Assembly (NCBI GenBank): GCA_034422735.1 | Contig: DAOUJL010000033.1 | Coordinates: 5,012-69,011, forward strand | Length of the DNA stretch: 64,000 bases | From: Dehalococcoidia bacterium | Lineage (GTDB): Bacteria; Chloroflexota; Dehalococcoidia; Lucifugimonadales; CATOSD01 | Reading direction: 5' to 3' | Shown: one piece after another, positions 8,471 to 17,254 of the stretch | Numbering within the stretch: the stretch's first letter is position 1 | Layout of the letters: each line of letters starts with the position of its first letter | Translations under genes and position numbers: made by a program | Notes under the pieces: model-generated | Databases searched by the model: none | Told to the model about the DNA's origin: nothing | Seen by the model: the letters and a program-made list of their open reading frames with translations, nothing else

Positions 8471-9248
8471 CTGTCGCGCTGGACTCGACGTTCATCTCGT
8501 AGATGATTCTCAGCCCCACGAGCGTGAGATCCGGGTCGACCGCGTCGAATAGACCCACTTCGCGCTCGACCACCCCGGCGAGTCCCCCGGTAGCAATCAC
8601 TTTCGACCCGCCGCCCAACTCCGCGTCGAACCTTCCCACCATGCCCTTGATCAACTCAGCGTAGCCGAGAATCAGCCCCGACTGTATGGCGTGTATGGTA
8701 TTTCCGCCTATGGCCGCTGGGGGCGCGGACAGCTCGACGCGGCGCAACATCGAGGTTCGCCTGAAGAGAGTGTCCGCGGCCAGCGATATGCCCGGAGCGA
8801 TAGCCCCGCCCAGGTAGTCGCCGTCGGCCGTCACCGCGTCAAGCACGGTCGCCGTGCCTACGTCGACCACGATGGCCGGTCCGCCGTAAAGGTGCAGCGC
8901 CGCGGCGGCGTCCACGATGCGGTCTGCGCCGACGTCGCGCGGGCTGTCGTACAGGATGCGTATGCCGGTGTCCACGTCGGCACCCACCACGAGAGGCTCG
9001 ACGCCGAAATACTCGTCGCACACCTCAACCAGCGACGCCGTAAGCGGCGGGACCACGCTGCACATGGAGACAGAATCGATTGCGGAGGGATCGATACCGC
9101 GAATGGGCAGCAACTGCCGTATCAGCAGGCCGTACTCGTCCGACAGGCGCTCCACGTCCGTCGCGAGCCGCCCCCTGGCCCTGACAGAGCCACCTTCGAA
9201 CACGCCCAGCGTGATGTTCGTGTTGCCTACGTCGATAGCGAGTAGCAT
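8448..9248 (-). CDS. coaX: type III pantothenate kinase
   Basis: 266 aa. MLLAIDVGNTNITLGVF..., VVDVGTATV, ATGGLA. Overlaps the coaBC start. Confidence 0.9.
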   Translation of the reverse strand: MLLAIDVGNTNITLGVFEGGSVRARGRLATDVERLSDEYGLLIRQLLPIRGIDPSAIDSVSMCSVVPPLTASLVEVCDEYFGVEPLVVGADVDTGIRILYDSPRDVGADRIVDAAAALHLYGGPAIVVDVGTATVLDAVTADGDYLGGAIAPGISLAADTLFRRTSMLRRVELSAPPAAIGGNTIHAIQSGLILGYAELIKGMVGRFDAELGGGSKVIATGGLAGVVEREVGLFDAVDPDLTLVGLRIIYEMNVESSATDGGSGDG

Positions 9249-9329
9249 TTACACACCCACTATGTAGAGCCGCCTGGCGTGCTCGCGCCGCCAAGGCGGC
9301 GTTCCCGGCCTCTGCCGCTTTGGGCGGGC

Positions 9330-10478
9330 CTACTTGCGGATTATGGCGTTGCCTTCTCTCCGCCAGCGCGCGCTCAGGTAGTCGCTCGCGTCGAGCAGCT
9401 TGTCCAGCGAAGGATACTCCGACTCGCTGAGCTTGGGCGCGCCTAGCACCTTGGCCGCGTCGGAAGCCGCGGCCTGTCCGGATATGCGCTCGCGCTCGCG
9501 GTTGGTCCACGCCTCGGCGATGTGAATGTCCCACTTGGAATCGCCCTGGCCGGACGGACTCGCGGCGGCCTGGGGCTCTATCCGAAGAATCTCGACAGCC
9601 TCCGGGGCCTGCGGATCGGACGCCGGGCTCTCGACGCTCTTCTCCCGCTTCGGCTTGTCCGCGTCCCCGGACCGTCCACGGGCCGCTCCGCCGTCGCCGG
9701 ACTGCGGTCGCCGCTGTCTACTACCGCCGCCCACGATCTGCGGACGGGGAGGCGCGCCGCCGTTCGCGCCCTGCGTGCGAGAGTTAGTGAAGCTGACGAT
9801 TGTGTCGCCGCCGTCCGCCGGCCTCTCTACGACTACGTCCTTCAAAGACTCCAGGAAGCGGGTGAACGTGCTGTGGCCGAGCGCCTTGTAGCTGAAGCTG
9901 GGGTCGATTCGCTGCATCGTCTGGTACAGCCTCGAGCCGCCGACGACGCCCTCGGAGTCCATAGACGCGTTGATCGCGCGGCGCAGCAACGCCTCGCCTT
10001 GCGGTTCGCTCGACCTGCGCCGGCGCCGCTGGGCCTGCGCGGCGGGCTTGGGGTCGTCTTCAAGGTAGATATAGCGGTCGCAGGACTTCACCAGCGTTGG
10101 TGAAGAGTGGCCCCGCCTCCCGGCGCCAATCGCCGTCTTGCCCGCGGAGCGCAGCTTGTTCACAAGCGGCACGAAATCGCTGTCCGAGGATACGATGACG
10201 AACACGTCCACCGGCGCGCTGTACAGCAAGTCTATCGCGTCGATGGTGAGTGAAATGTCGCTGGAGTTCTTGCTCTGCTTCGTCGAGCGGAAGTGGTGAG
10301 ACGCTTCGATTCCGTACTCCAGAAGCTGGTCGCGCTTGCTGCGATGCACCGACCAGTCGGCGTAGGCCCGCTTGATAATGACCCTTCCAACGTCGGATAA
10401 CTGGTCCAGAAGGGACTCCATCGATTCAAGCCCCACGTTCTCGTAATCCACCAGCACGGCTACATTTTCTTCGGCCAA
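9330..10478 (-). CDS. NYN-domain (PIN-like RNase fold) protein with OST-HTH/LOTUS domain and a long C-terminal extension
   Basis: 382 aa. NYN part VAVLVDYENV...ISLTIDAIDLLYSAPVDVFVIVSSDSDFVPLVNKLRSAGKTAIG. LOTUS-like part LLRRAINASMDSEGVVGGSRLYQTMQRIDPSFSYKALGHSTFTRFLESL. Then a low-complexity Gly/Arg/Pro linker and a roughly 70-aa C-terminal domain. Confidence 0.75.
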   Translation of the reverse strand: MAEENVAVLVDYENVGLESMESLLDQLSDVGRVIIKRAYADWSVHRSKRDQLLEYGIEASHHFRSTKQSKNSSDISLTIDAIDLLYSAPVDVFVIVSSDSDFVPLVNKLRSAGKTAIGAGRRGHSSPTLVKSCDRYIYLEDDPKPAAQAQRRRRRSSEPQGEALLRRAINASMDSEGVVGGSRLYQTMQRIDPSFSYKALGHSTFTRFLESLKDVVVERPADGGDTIVSFTNSRTQGANGGAPPRPQIVGGGSRQRRPQSGDGGAARGRSGDADKPKREKSVESPASDPQAPEAVEILRIEPQAAASPSGQGDSKWDIHIAEAWTNRERERISGQAAASDAAKVLGAPKLSESEYPSLDKLLDASDYLSARWRREGNAIIRK

Positions 10479-10563
10479 AGCCTCTCAACCCCTTCTATCT
10501 ACGACTCCGCGTTCCATCGACGCCGCGGACATTGTACCACTTATGGCAAACGCCGTAGCGTCG

Positions 10564-10932
10564 CTACTCAGTGGGCCTGCCGAACAGCAGCACCAGCCGC
10601 AGCGGCACGCTTCCCGTGTTGCGGAAACCGTGGTCCACTCCGGGCGGCACCAGGACCGCGTCCCCGGCGGCGACGGGCACATCCTCGCCCTCTATCCACA
10701 TCACGCCCTCGCCCTCCAGGAAGTAGTACGTCTCCTCCAAGCTGCGGTCGCCCTCGTGAACGTGGTTGCCCTCGCTTACGCCCGGGTCCAGCTCCCACAC
10801 GTCGAACGTGACGCCCACCTTGCTCACGTCCTTGAAGAACCGCCTCATGCGCACAGTCCCGTCACCGCCGTGCATGGACTCGTATGGATATACGCCCTCA
10901 GCGTAAGTCTCCTTCCAGTAGGTGGTCGCCAT
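10564..10932 (-). CDS. cupin-domain protein
   Basis: 122 aa from ATG 10932 (MATTYWKETY...). Cupin motifs GNHVHEGD and GDAVLVPPGVDHGFRN. The longer ORF-track version overlaps the upstream amidohydrolase. Confidence 0.8.
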   Translation of the reverse strand: MATTYWKETYAEGVYPYESMHGGDGTVRMRRFFKDVSKVGVTFDVWELDPGVSEGNHVHEGDRSLEETYYFLEGEGVMWIEGEDVPVAAGDAVLVPPGVDHGFRNTGSVPLRLVLLFGRPTE

Positions 10933-10942
10933 GGCAAAACTC

Positions 10943-12631
10943 CTAGAAATAGGCGTCGGGATTGCGCGGGTCGCGGGCGTTGCGCTCGTCCTTGCGCGAG
11001 CCGCCGTCCACGGACCGGTCGTACAGCACGCGCCCGCCGATGATGGTCGCGTCGATCTCGATGTCGTCGATGCTGTGTGGCTCAACAGCAAGCGGGTCGC
11101 CCGACAGCACGACCACGTCGCCCAGCTTGCCCGGCTCGATTGATCCCTTGTCGTTCTCCTCGAACGCAAGGTAGGCGGCGTCGATGGTCATGGAGCGCAG
11201 CGACTCCTCAGGCGACAGGCAGAACTCGGGTCCCAGTTCGTTCCCGTCGCGTGTCAGCCGGGTGGCCGCGGTGTGGACGTTCAGCATCGGGTCCACCGGC
11301 GTCACGAACCAGTCCGAATGGCCTCCGAACTTGATGCCCCGGTCAAGCGCGCTCTTGAGCGGGCTGATGCGCGATCCTCGCTCCGGCCCCAGGAACAGGT
11401 CGCGGTGCCGGTCTCCCCAGTGGTAGACGTGCAGGTTGAAGAACGACGCCAGCACGCCCATTTCCGCCATGCGGTCGAGCTGGTCCTCGCGCACCGCCTG
11501 GCAGTGCTCGATGCGGAAGCGGTGGTCGCGCTTGGGGTATCGCTCCAGAGTGTACTCGAAGGCGTCCAGGATGGCGTCGATGGCCGCGTCGCCGTTGCCG
11601 TGTATGCCCACCTGGAAATCGGCGCGATTGCCCTGGTCCACCAGTACGTTGAGCTGCTCCTGGGGCATGATGAGTATTCCGCTCTCATCCGGCCGGTCGT
11701 AGTAGGGCTGCGTGAGCGCGCCGGAGTGACCCTGGATGGAGCCGTCGGCGCCTATCTTCAGGATGCCCACCTTGATGTCGTCGCCGCCGAATCCGCTCCG
11801 GATTTCCGCCTCCGCGTACTTGGGCACCACATCCAGCGGCGACTCCCGCTCCAGCATCGACATGAAGCTGCGCGCCACGTAGGCGCGAATGGGAAACTTG
11901 CCCTGCCTCGCCGCGATCTGGTAGGCGCTGAAGCCGCCAATCGGGTTGCCCGTGTCGTGCAGCGAAGTCACGCCCGTCTTGAGCATCTGCTTGGCCGCCC
12001 ACTCCAGACCGTCCACCATCTGCGAAATGCCCGGCTGCGTAACCAGGAAGCGCACCAGGTTGCCCGCGCGCTCGTACAGCAGCCCGGTCGCGTCGCCATT
12101 GGCGTCCCGGTCGATGCGACCGCCCACCGGGTCCGGCGTGGACCTGGTGACCCCGGCCATCTCCAGCGCGCGGCTGTTGGCATAACTCAGGTGCCCGGCC
12201 ACGTAGGAGATGTACACCGGGTTGTTGGGCGTGGCGGCGTCCATGTCCTGCCGCGTGATGTGACGCATGTCCTGGACCAGCGAGTCGTCGAACCCCCGCC
12301 CGGAAATCCACTCTCCCCTACCCGCCTGCTTGGCCGCCTCGCCGAGCTTCTCCACGATGTCCGCGATGGTGCGGTTCGGCGGAGTGCCGCAATTCACCAT
12401 TTCCAGGTTGAATTGTGCCGCCATCACCGGGTGGACGTGGGACTCCACGAACCCCGGCACCACAGTCTTGCCGTCCAGGTCGAGCACCGTCACCGGATCG
12501 ACGGCCATGCTCATCGCCTCTTCGTTCGTGCCCACGCGAACGATTCGCCCGCCCAGTATCGCCACCGCTTCTGCGCGTGAGCTACGGTCGTCGAGCGTTA
12601 TCACGTTGGCGTTTGTGATTATCAGGTTCAT
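10943..12631 (-). CDS. amidohydrolase-3 family metal-dependent hydrolase (YtcJ-like)
   Basis: 562 aa. MNLIITNANVITLDD..., metal-binding ESHVHPV, C-terminal ...GSIEPGKLGDVVVLSGDPL typical of this family. Confidence 0.8.
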   Translation of the reverse strand: MNLIITNANVITLDDRSSRAEAVAILGGRIVRVGTNEEAMSMAVDPVTVLDLDGKTVVPGFVESHVHPVMAAQFNLEMVNCGTPPNRTIADIVEKLGEAAKQAGRGEWISGRGFDDSLVQDMRHITRQDMDAATPNNPVYISYVAGHLSYANSRALEMAGVTRSTPDPVGGRIDRDANGDATGLLYERAGNLVRFLVTQPGISQMVDGLEWAAKQMLKTGVTSLHDTGNPIGGFSAYQIAARQGKFPIRAYVARSFMSMLERESPLDVVPKYAEAEIRSGFGGDDIKVGILKIGADGSIQGHSGALTQPYYDRPDESGILIMPQEQLNVLVDQGNRADFQVGIHGNGDAAIDAILDAFEYTLERYPKRDHRFRIEHCQAVREDQLDRMAEMGVLASFFNLHVYHWGDRHRDLFLGPERGSRISPLKSALDRGIKFGGHSDWFVTPVDPMLNVHTAATRLTRDGNELGPEFCLSPEESLRSMTIDAAYLAFEENDKGSIEPGKLGDVVVLSGDPLAVEPHSIDDIEIDATIIGGRVLYDRSVDGGSRKDERNARDPRNPDAYF

Positions 12632-12693
12632 CGCCTATCCTCCCGGTGAGCGGAGCTGTTATGCCTGCCCAGTAACGGCCGCCATTTGTTGCC

Positions 12694-13959
12694 CTAGTCC
12701 GCGACGCGATGGAATGCCGCCCGCAGTCGCGGCCCTACCTCGGCGAGTTGCTCCGGCTGCGCTGTGCTGAAGGCCATCCTGATGTGGTTGTCGTCGGAGT
12801 TCTTGCGGTCGCTGAAGAAGTTCGAACCCAGCGGGAACACCAGCCCCTCTTCCGATGCTGCCTGCACCAGGTCCCGCGCCGACGCCCCAACGCACTCTAC
12901 CCACAGGAAGAAGCCGCCCTCAGGCTTGCGAAACCTCACGTATGGCTCGCAGTACGCGAGGAGCGACTCCGCCAGTATCTCGCACTTTTCGGCATAGATG
13001 GGCCTCATGTGTCGCACGTGCTCATCCAGGTCGCCCGAGGTCAAGTACCCTGTCAGCGCCCACTGGATGAGCGGCGAGCCTCCCATGTCGAAGCGCACAC
13101 GCGCCATTGCGTCGATGAAGTCCGGCCTCGCCTCCACCCAGCCGACGCGCAGCCCGGTGGCGATGGTCTTGCTCAGGCTGCCCAGCCGCAGCACGCCCTC
13201 GCCCTGGGAGAGACTGTAGAGCGATGAGGGAGGTCCGTCATCGAATCCAAGCTCGGTGTAGGCGGCATCCTCCAGCACCAGCACCCCGTGCCGCGCACAC
13301 ACCTCCAACAACTCCTCGCGCCGCCGCTGGGACAGCGTCACCCCGGTGGGATTGTGGTAGTCGGCGACGGTGTAGAAGAGCTTGGGCGTCTTCCCAGCGG
13401 CCTTCACACGCTCAATGGTCTCGGCCAATGCTTCGACGGACACGCCTTCGTCTTCCATGGGGACTTCGGCTATCTCAGTCATGTACCCGCGCATCGATCT
13501 CACGCTGCCCGAGAAGCTGGGAGCCTCCGCGATGACCACGTCGCCCGGCTGGAGAAAAGTCTTGGAAACGTTGTCTATCGCGCCCGAGCTGCCGTTGTGG
13601 ACGATGATGTTGTCCTGTCCGATGGCGGCCCCTTCGATGCGGCTCTGCCGTTCGGCAATCGCCTCGCGCAGGCCCTCGTAGCCGTACCATCCGCCGTAGG
13701 TGAGCGTGGCAGACGGGTTGGCGTCGAGCGCGCTGCTCAGTGCCTCCCTGATGTACTCGACCGGGAGGGTGGGCGGGTCGGGGATTCCGGCCGCCAGGAC
13801 GATGGGATCGGGGTGGTCGGTTGGCAGCCGCCACATCCTGCCCGAGTCGGAGGAGCTGCCCGCGCCTATTGTCCTGGCCGACTCGGATAGCAGGTCGTCC
13901 AGTTGGAACGGACCCATGCCTCGGCCGGGCGCCGCATTCTCCCTATCAGTCTCTGACAT
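12694..13959 (-). CDS. PLP-dependent aminotransferase, class I/II fold
   Basis: 421 aa. ...FYTVADYHNPTGVTLS..., PLP-lysine context LGSLSKTIATGLRVGW. Confidence 0.8.
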   Translation of the reverse strand: MSETDRENAAPGRGMGPFQLDDLLSESARTIGAGSSSDSGRMWRLPTDHPDPIVLAAGIPDPPTLPVEYIREALSSALDANPSATLTYGGWYGYEGLREAIAERQSRIEGAAIGQDNIIVHNGSSGAIDNVSKTFLQPGDVVIAEAPSFSGSVRSMRGYMTEIAEVPMEDEGVSVEALAETIERVKAAGKTPKLFYTVADYHNPTGVTLSQRRREELLEVCARHGVLVLEDAAYTELGFDDGPPSSLYSLSQGEGVLRLGSLSKTIATGLRVGWVEARPDFIDAMARVRFDMGGSPLIQWALTGYLTSGDLDEHVRHMRPIYAEKCEILAESLLAYCEPYVRFRKPEGGFFLWVECVGASARDLVQAASEEGLVFPLGSNFFSDRKNSDDNHIRMAFSTAQPEQLAEVGPRLRAAFHRVAD

Positions 13960-14020
13960 TCGCGTAGACCTCCGTAGTAGCCTGCGCGCGGACTAGTCTG
14001 AGTCCGGCGCTGTCCGCTCA

Positions 14021-14029
14021 ATTGTAGCA
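14021..14029 (-). promoter_or_regulatory. extended -10 promoter element (TGCTACAAT) upstream of the aminotransferase operon
   Basis: Minus strand TG (14029..14028) + C + TACAAT (14026..14021), about 60 nt upstream of ATG 13959, which carries a GGAGG RBS. The same TGCTAnAAT motif recurs at 33879, 49404 and 51743. Confidence 0.4.
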
Positions 14030-14050
14030 CGCGATCCCGAGAGACATCGG

Positions 14051-15136
14051 CTAGCCTGAAATGTCTGCCAGCGCCTGCAGCACCTGCTGCGGAGAAGGCC
14101 TGTCGTAGGTGCTGCCCAGGTACTTCCACCTGATGACGCCGGAACTGTCGATTACGAATGTGGATGGCCTGGCCAGATTGTTGTCCTGCGGGTTGAGCAC
14201 GCCGTAGGCCTGCACAACGTCCTTCTCAGGGTTGTACAGAATCGGGAACGGCACGCCCGAATTTCTGGCCATGGCCTGGGCGTTGGACAGGTTGTCTACG
14301 CTTATCGCCACCACTATCGCGTTATGGTCCTTGATTGCGCTGTACTGGTTTGTCAACTCGACGAGTTGCTGCTTGCAGAATGGTCACCAGTATGCACGAT
14401 AGAAGACGATCACCAGGTTTCCCTGCCCCAGCCGCTCGTCTGTCGAGAACTCCCCGCCGTCGAATCTCGGCAGCGTAAACGACGGCGCCACCTGCCCAAC
14501 CTCGGTGCCCGTCGCCGGCTCAGGCGCGACCGTCGCGGTTGGCGGAACTGCCGTGGCAGTGGGTGGCACCGCGGTGGCAGTGGGCGGGACGGCAGTGGCG
14601 GTCGGTTGCGCTGCGGCGGTGGCTGTTGGTGGCACGGACGTCGCGGTCGGCGGCGCCGCGGCGGTCGCAGTGGGCGGCGCCGCGGTGGCTGTCGGCGGTA
14701 CTGCCGTAGCGGTGGGTGGCACCGCGGTGGCAGTCGGTTCCGGAGTCTCGGTCGGCTGCACCACGGGGATGGTCGTTGGTACGGGCGCCGGAGTCAGTGT
14801 CGCCTGGGACGCGGCAGTTTCCACCGGCCACCGTGTGGGCGTCGGCTCCAGCGCGGAACGCGGCTGAGCGGTCCCTCTTGGTTGAGCGGGTACCGCCGGC
14901 TGTGGCGTGGGTAAGGCCGGCGCCTGTGTGGCGGCAGGCGGCGCTGTCGTCGCCTGGGGAACTGTTACGGCGGTATGCGTTGGCTCCGCCGCGGCGCCGG
15001 ATGCTCCTGCTTCCTGATCGCCGCCGGTGGAAGACTCACCGCACGCGAGCAGGCCGTACGACAGCAACAGGACGGCCGACAATACGACAGTCAGCCTGAA
15101 TCCACTCAGCTTCAATTTACTTCTCTCCAACTTCAC
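14051..15136 (-). CDS. candidate selenoprotein: lipoprotein with Pro/Thr-repeat linker and thioredoxin-fold (AhpC/TSA-redoxin-like) domain with a UxxC motif (in-frame TGA at 14386..14384)
   Basis: ORFs 14384..15136 and 14051..14356 share one frame. They are separated only by a TGA plus 9 sense codons. Read-through gives ...LVIVFYRAYW-U-PFCKQQLVELTNQYSAIKDHNAIVVAISVD.... Lipobox LLAC. The likely true start is TTG 15115, with GGAGAG 7 nt upstream. If not read through as Sec, this is a pseudogene. Confidence 0.6.
14354..14368 (-). promoter_or_regulatory. candidate bacterial SECIS-like hairpin
   Basis: Perfect inverted repeat CAACTC-GTC-GAGTTG, beginning 15 nt downstream of the in-frame UGA. The apical loop contains G about 20 nt from the UGA. 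The stem is short (5-6 bp), so this is weak on its own. Confidence 0.35.
14525..14737 (-). repeat. about 10 tandem copies of a 21-nt coding repeat (heptapeptide PPTATAV and variants)
   Basis: Protein segment PTATAVPPTATAVPPTATAAPPTATAAAPPTATSVPPTATAAAQPTATAVPPTATAVPPTATAVPPTATVAP. The plus strand shows repeated GGTGGCACCGCGGTGGCAGTG-like units. Confidence 0.85.
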
Positions 15137-15184
15137 CAGCCAGAAGCCCGCGAGGGGAACAGCTTATGATGGACTCCAAAGCAC

Positions 15185-15214
15185 TTGACCCGCGCGGTCA
15201 CATAAACTTACACT
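15185..15214 (+). promoter_or_regulatory. possible promoter of pncB
   Basis: -35 TTGACC (15185..15190), 18-nt spacer, -10 TACACT (15209..15214), 34 nt before ATG 15248. Confidence 0.3.
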
Positions 15215-15247
15215 GAAATCACTCGCCACTTAGGACGTGACTACGCC

Positions 15248-16648
15248 ATGAAGCGAGCGAATCCCTCTCCGTCGCTGTTCGCCGATCTATATCAACTCAC
15301 CATGGCGCAGGCCCTTTGGCAAAGCGGGACCACGGCTGAAGGCACGTTCAGTCTGTACTTTCGCAAGCACCTGCCGGGCAGGGCCTTCTACGTCTTCGCC
15401 GGCCTCCAGCAAGCCTTGGAGCATCTCGAGCGGCTTTCGTTCGAGGCTGAAGATATTGCATACCTACGTTCAACCGGCCTCTTCGACGACGATTTCCTCG
15501 ACTACCTGGGATTGCTCAGATTCACCGGAAGAGTCAGGGCCGTTCCAGAGGGTACGATTGTGTTCGCCGGTGAGCCGGTCATCGAGGTTTCCGCGCCCAT
15601 AGTGGAAGCGCAAATCCCCGAGACTTTTCTCGTCAACTGCATCAACTCCAACACGCTGTTCGCCTCTAAGGCCGCCCGCGTCGTCTACGCCGCCCGCGGC
15701 CGAAACGTCTATGACTTTGCCGCACGCCGCACTCACGGGCTTGACGCCGCCGACAAGTTTGCGCGCGTGAGCTACATGGTGGGGTTCGACGGCACCAGTA
15801 ACCTCGTCGCGGGCGCCCGCCACGGCATCCCGGTCGTTGGCACCATGGCCCATTCGTTCGTTTCCGCGTTCGACGACGAGACCGAAGCATTTCGCAGCTA
15901 CGCCCGCTCTTTTCCGGCCGCGAGTACCCTGCTTGTTGACACCTATGATACCCTAAATGGGACTCTGAGGGCCATACAGGTTGCCCGGGAGATGCGCTTG
16001 GACGGCCAGGAACTCCGCGCTATACGGCTGGACAGCGGCGACCTCGCCGACCTCGCCGTGGAGTGCCGGGCACTTCTGAATCGCGATGGGTTCGGAGGCG
16101 TCAGAATAATCGCCAGTGGCGCGCTCGACGAATACTCGATTGACGAACTGCTTAGAGCCAGCGCGCCCATCGACGGTTTTGGGGTCGGCACGAAAGCGGG
16201 CGTATCGGAGGACGCGCCCTGGGCAGACTCCGTCTACAAACTCGTGGCCTACGGTGGCAGACTCACGATGAAGCTCAGCGACGACAAGGAAACAATTCCA
16301 GGCTCTAAGCAAGTCTACCGCTACTACGGCAGGGCGGGGCAGCCCCTCCGCGATATCATGACTACTGCCACCGAGCCCCGTCCTTCACCCGGTGCGCGGC
16401 CCATGCTGACGGAAGTGATGAGAAACGGCAAGATTACTGTCGACCTGCCGGAATTGGGAGAGTTGCGAGACAGGTTCGGCTCGGAGTTCGTACAACTCGA
16501 CCGGCGCTACAAGAGGCTGCGTACCTCGCCGGATTCCTACGAGGTGGCGGTCAGTAAGGAACTGTCTGGCCTGCAGGCCAGCGCTGCCACCATGTTCCGC
16601 AAGCGGAGCGACGTGGTCGTCGACGAATCTCTGTCGGAAAGATCCTGA
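15248..16648 (+). CDS. pncB: nicotinate phosphoribosyltransferase
   Basis: 466 aa. LFADLYQLTMAQALW, GTMAHSFV, IRLDSGDL motifs of the NAPRTase family. Confidence 0.88.
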   Translation: MKRANPSPSLFADLYQLTMAQALWQSGTTAEGTFSLYFRKHLPGRAFYVFAGLQQALEHLERLSFEAEDIAYLRSTGLFDDDFLDYLGLLRFTGRVRAVPEGTIVFAGEPVIEVSAPIVEAQIPETFLVNCINSNTLFASKAARVVYAARGRNVYDFAARRTHGLDAADKFARVSYMVGFDGTSNLVAGARHGIPVVGTMAHSFVSAFDDETEAFRSYARSFPAASTLLVDTYDTLNGTLRAIQVAREMRLDGQELRAIRLDSGDLADLAVECRALLNRDGFGGVRIIASGALDEYSIDELLRASAPIDGFGVGTKAGVSEDAPWADSVYKLVAYGGRLTMKLSDDKETIPGSKQVYRYYGRAGQPLRDIMTTATEPRPSPGARPMLTEVMRNGKITVDLPELGELRDRFGSEFVQLDRRYKRLRTSPDSYEVAVSKELSGLQASAATMFRKRSDVVVDESLSERS

Positions 16649-17217
16649 TGGCGCGCCTTCCATACATCGGCAGGAACGACCTTCCCGACGATAAGCGTCC
16701 GATCTTCGACCGGATCGCCGAGCGTCGTAGCGGCCCTGAATCCGGCGGAGCACTGCCCCACTCGTTCGCGCTTTTGCTCAACAGCCCCGATGCCGCGGAG
16801 GCAGTAGGCGCGCTTGGCGAGTACGTGCGATGGGGAAGTCCCTTGGACCCCGCCGCGAGAGAGATCGCCATTCTGGCCGCCGCGATGGAGATGGGCAGCG
16901 AATACGTGTGGCAACACCACGAGCCTGTCGCCCGCCGCGAGGGCGTGCGCGAGGAGACCATCGAGGCCATCCGCTCCGGCAGGGCGCCGATGGGCCTGCC
17001 CGCCAAGGAGGGTGTGTTCGCCCAGGCGGCACGCGAGATCGTTCGCAACGGCACGCTGACCGATCGTACCTTTCAGGCTATTCATCACCTGCTGGGCGCG
17101 GCCCTCACCGTCGATCTGGTCGTCGCGGTAAGCTACTACGTCATGCTGGCGAGGGCGCTAGGCTCCCTCGGCATCGACCTCGAAGACGGGCTCCGGTCCA
17201 CGCCTGGCCTTCCGTAG
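16648..17217 (+). CDS. carboxymuconolactone decarboxylase (AhpD-like) family protein
   Basis: 189 aa. The ATG overlaps the pncB TGA by 1 nt. All-helical CMD-like sequence (...REIAILAAAMEMGSEYVWQHHEPVARREG...). Confidence 0.7.
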   Translation: MARLPYIGRNDLPDDKRPIFDRIAERRSGPESGGALPHSFALLLNSPDAAEAVGALGEYVRWGSPLDPAAREIAILAAAMEMGSEYVWQHHEPVARREGVREETIEAIRSGRAPMGLPAKEGVFAQAAREIVRNGTLTDRTFQAIHHLLGAALTVDLVVAVSYYVMLARALGSLGIDLEDGLRSTPGLP

Positions 17218-17254
17218 CGGCTCGCCGCGGCAGTTTCGAAAGCAGGAGACGCTG

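Noticed and set aside
14384-14386. The TGA as a simple inactivating mutation (pseudogene) or a sequencing error
   Set aside because: Not fully rejected, but less likely. The stop falls precisely on the redox Cys codon position (TGC/TGT to TGA is also one step). The frame and homology are intact on both sides. A hairpin lies at SECIS distance. It remains the main alternative and is flagged in the finding.
14505-14867. Regular short repeats that could be mistaken for a CRISPR array or for the plus-strand ORF (GTAVAV)n
   Set aside because: The units are contiguous 21-nt coding repeats without spacers. They lie in frame within the minus-strand lipoprotein gene. There is no repeat-spacer periodicity and there are no cas genes.
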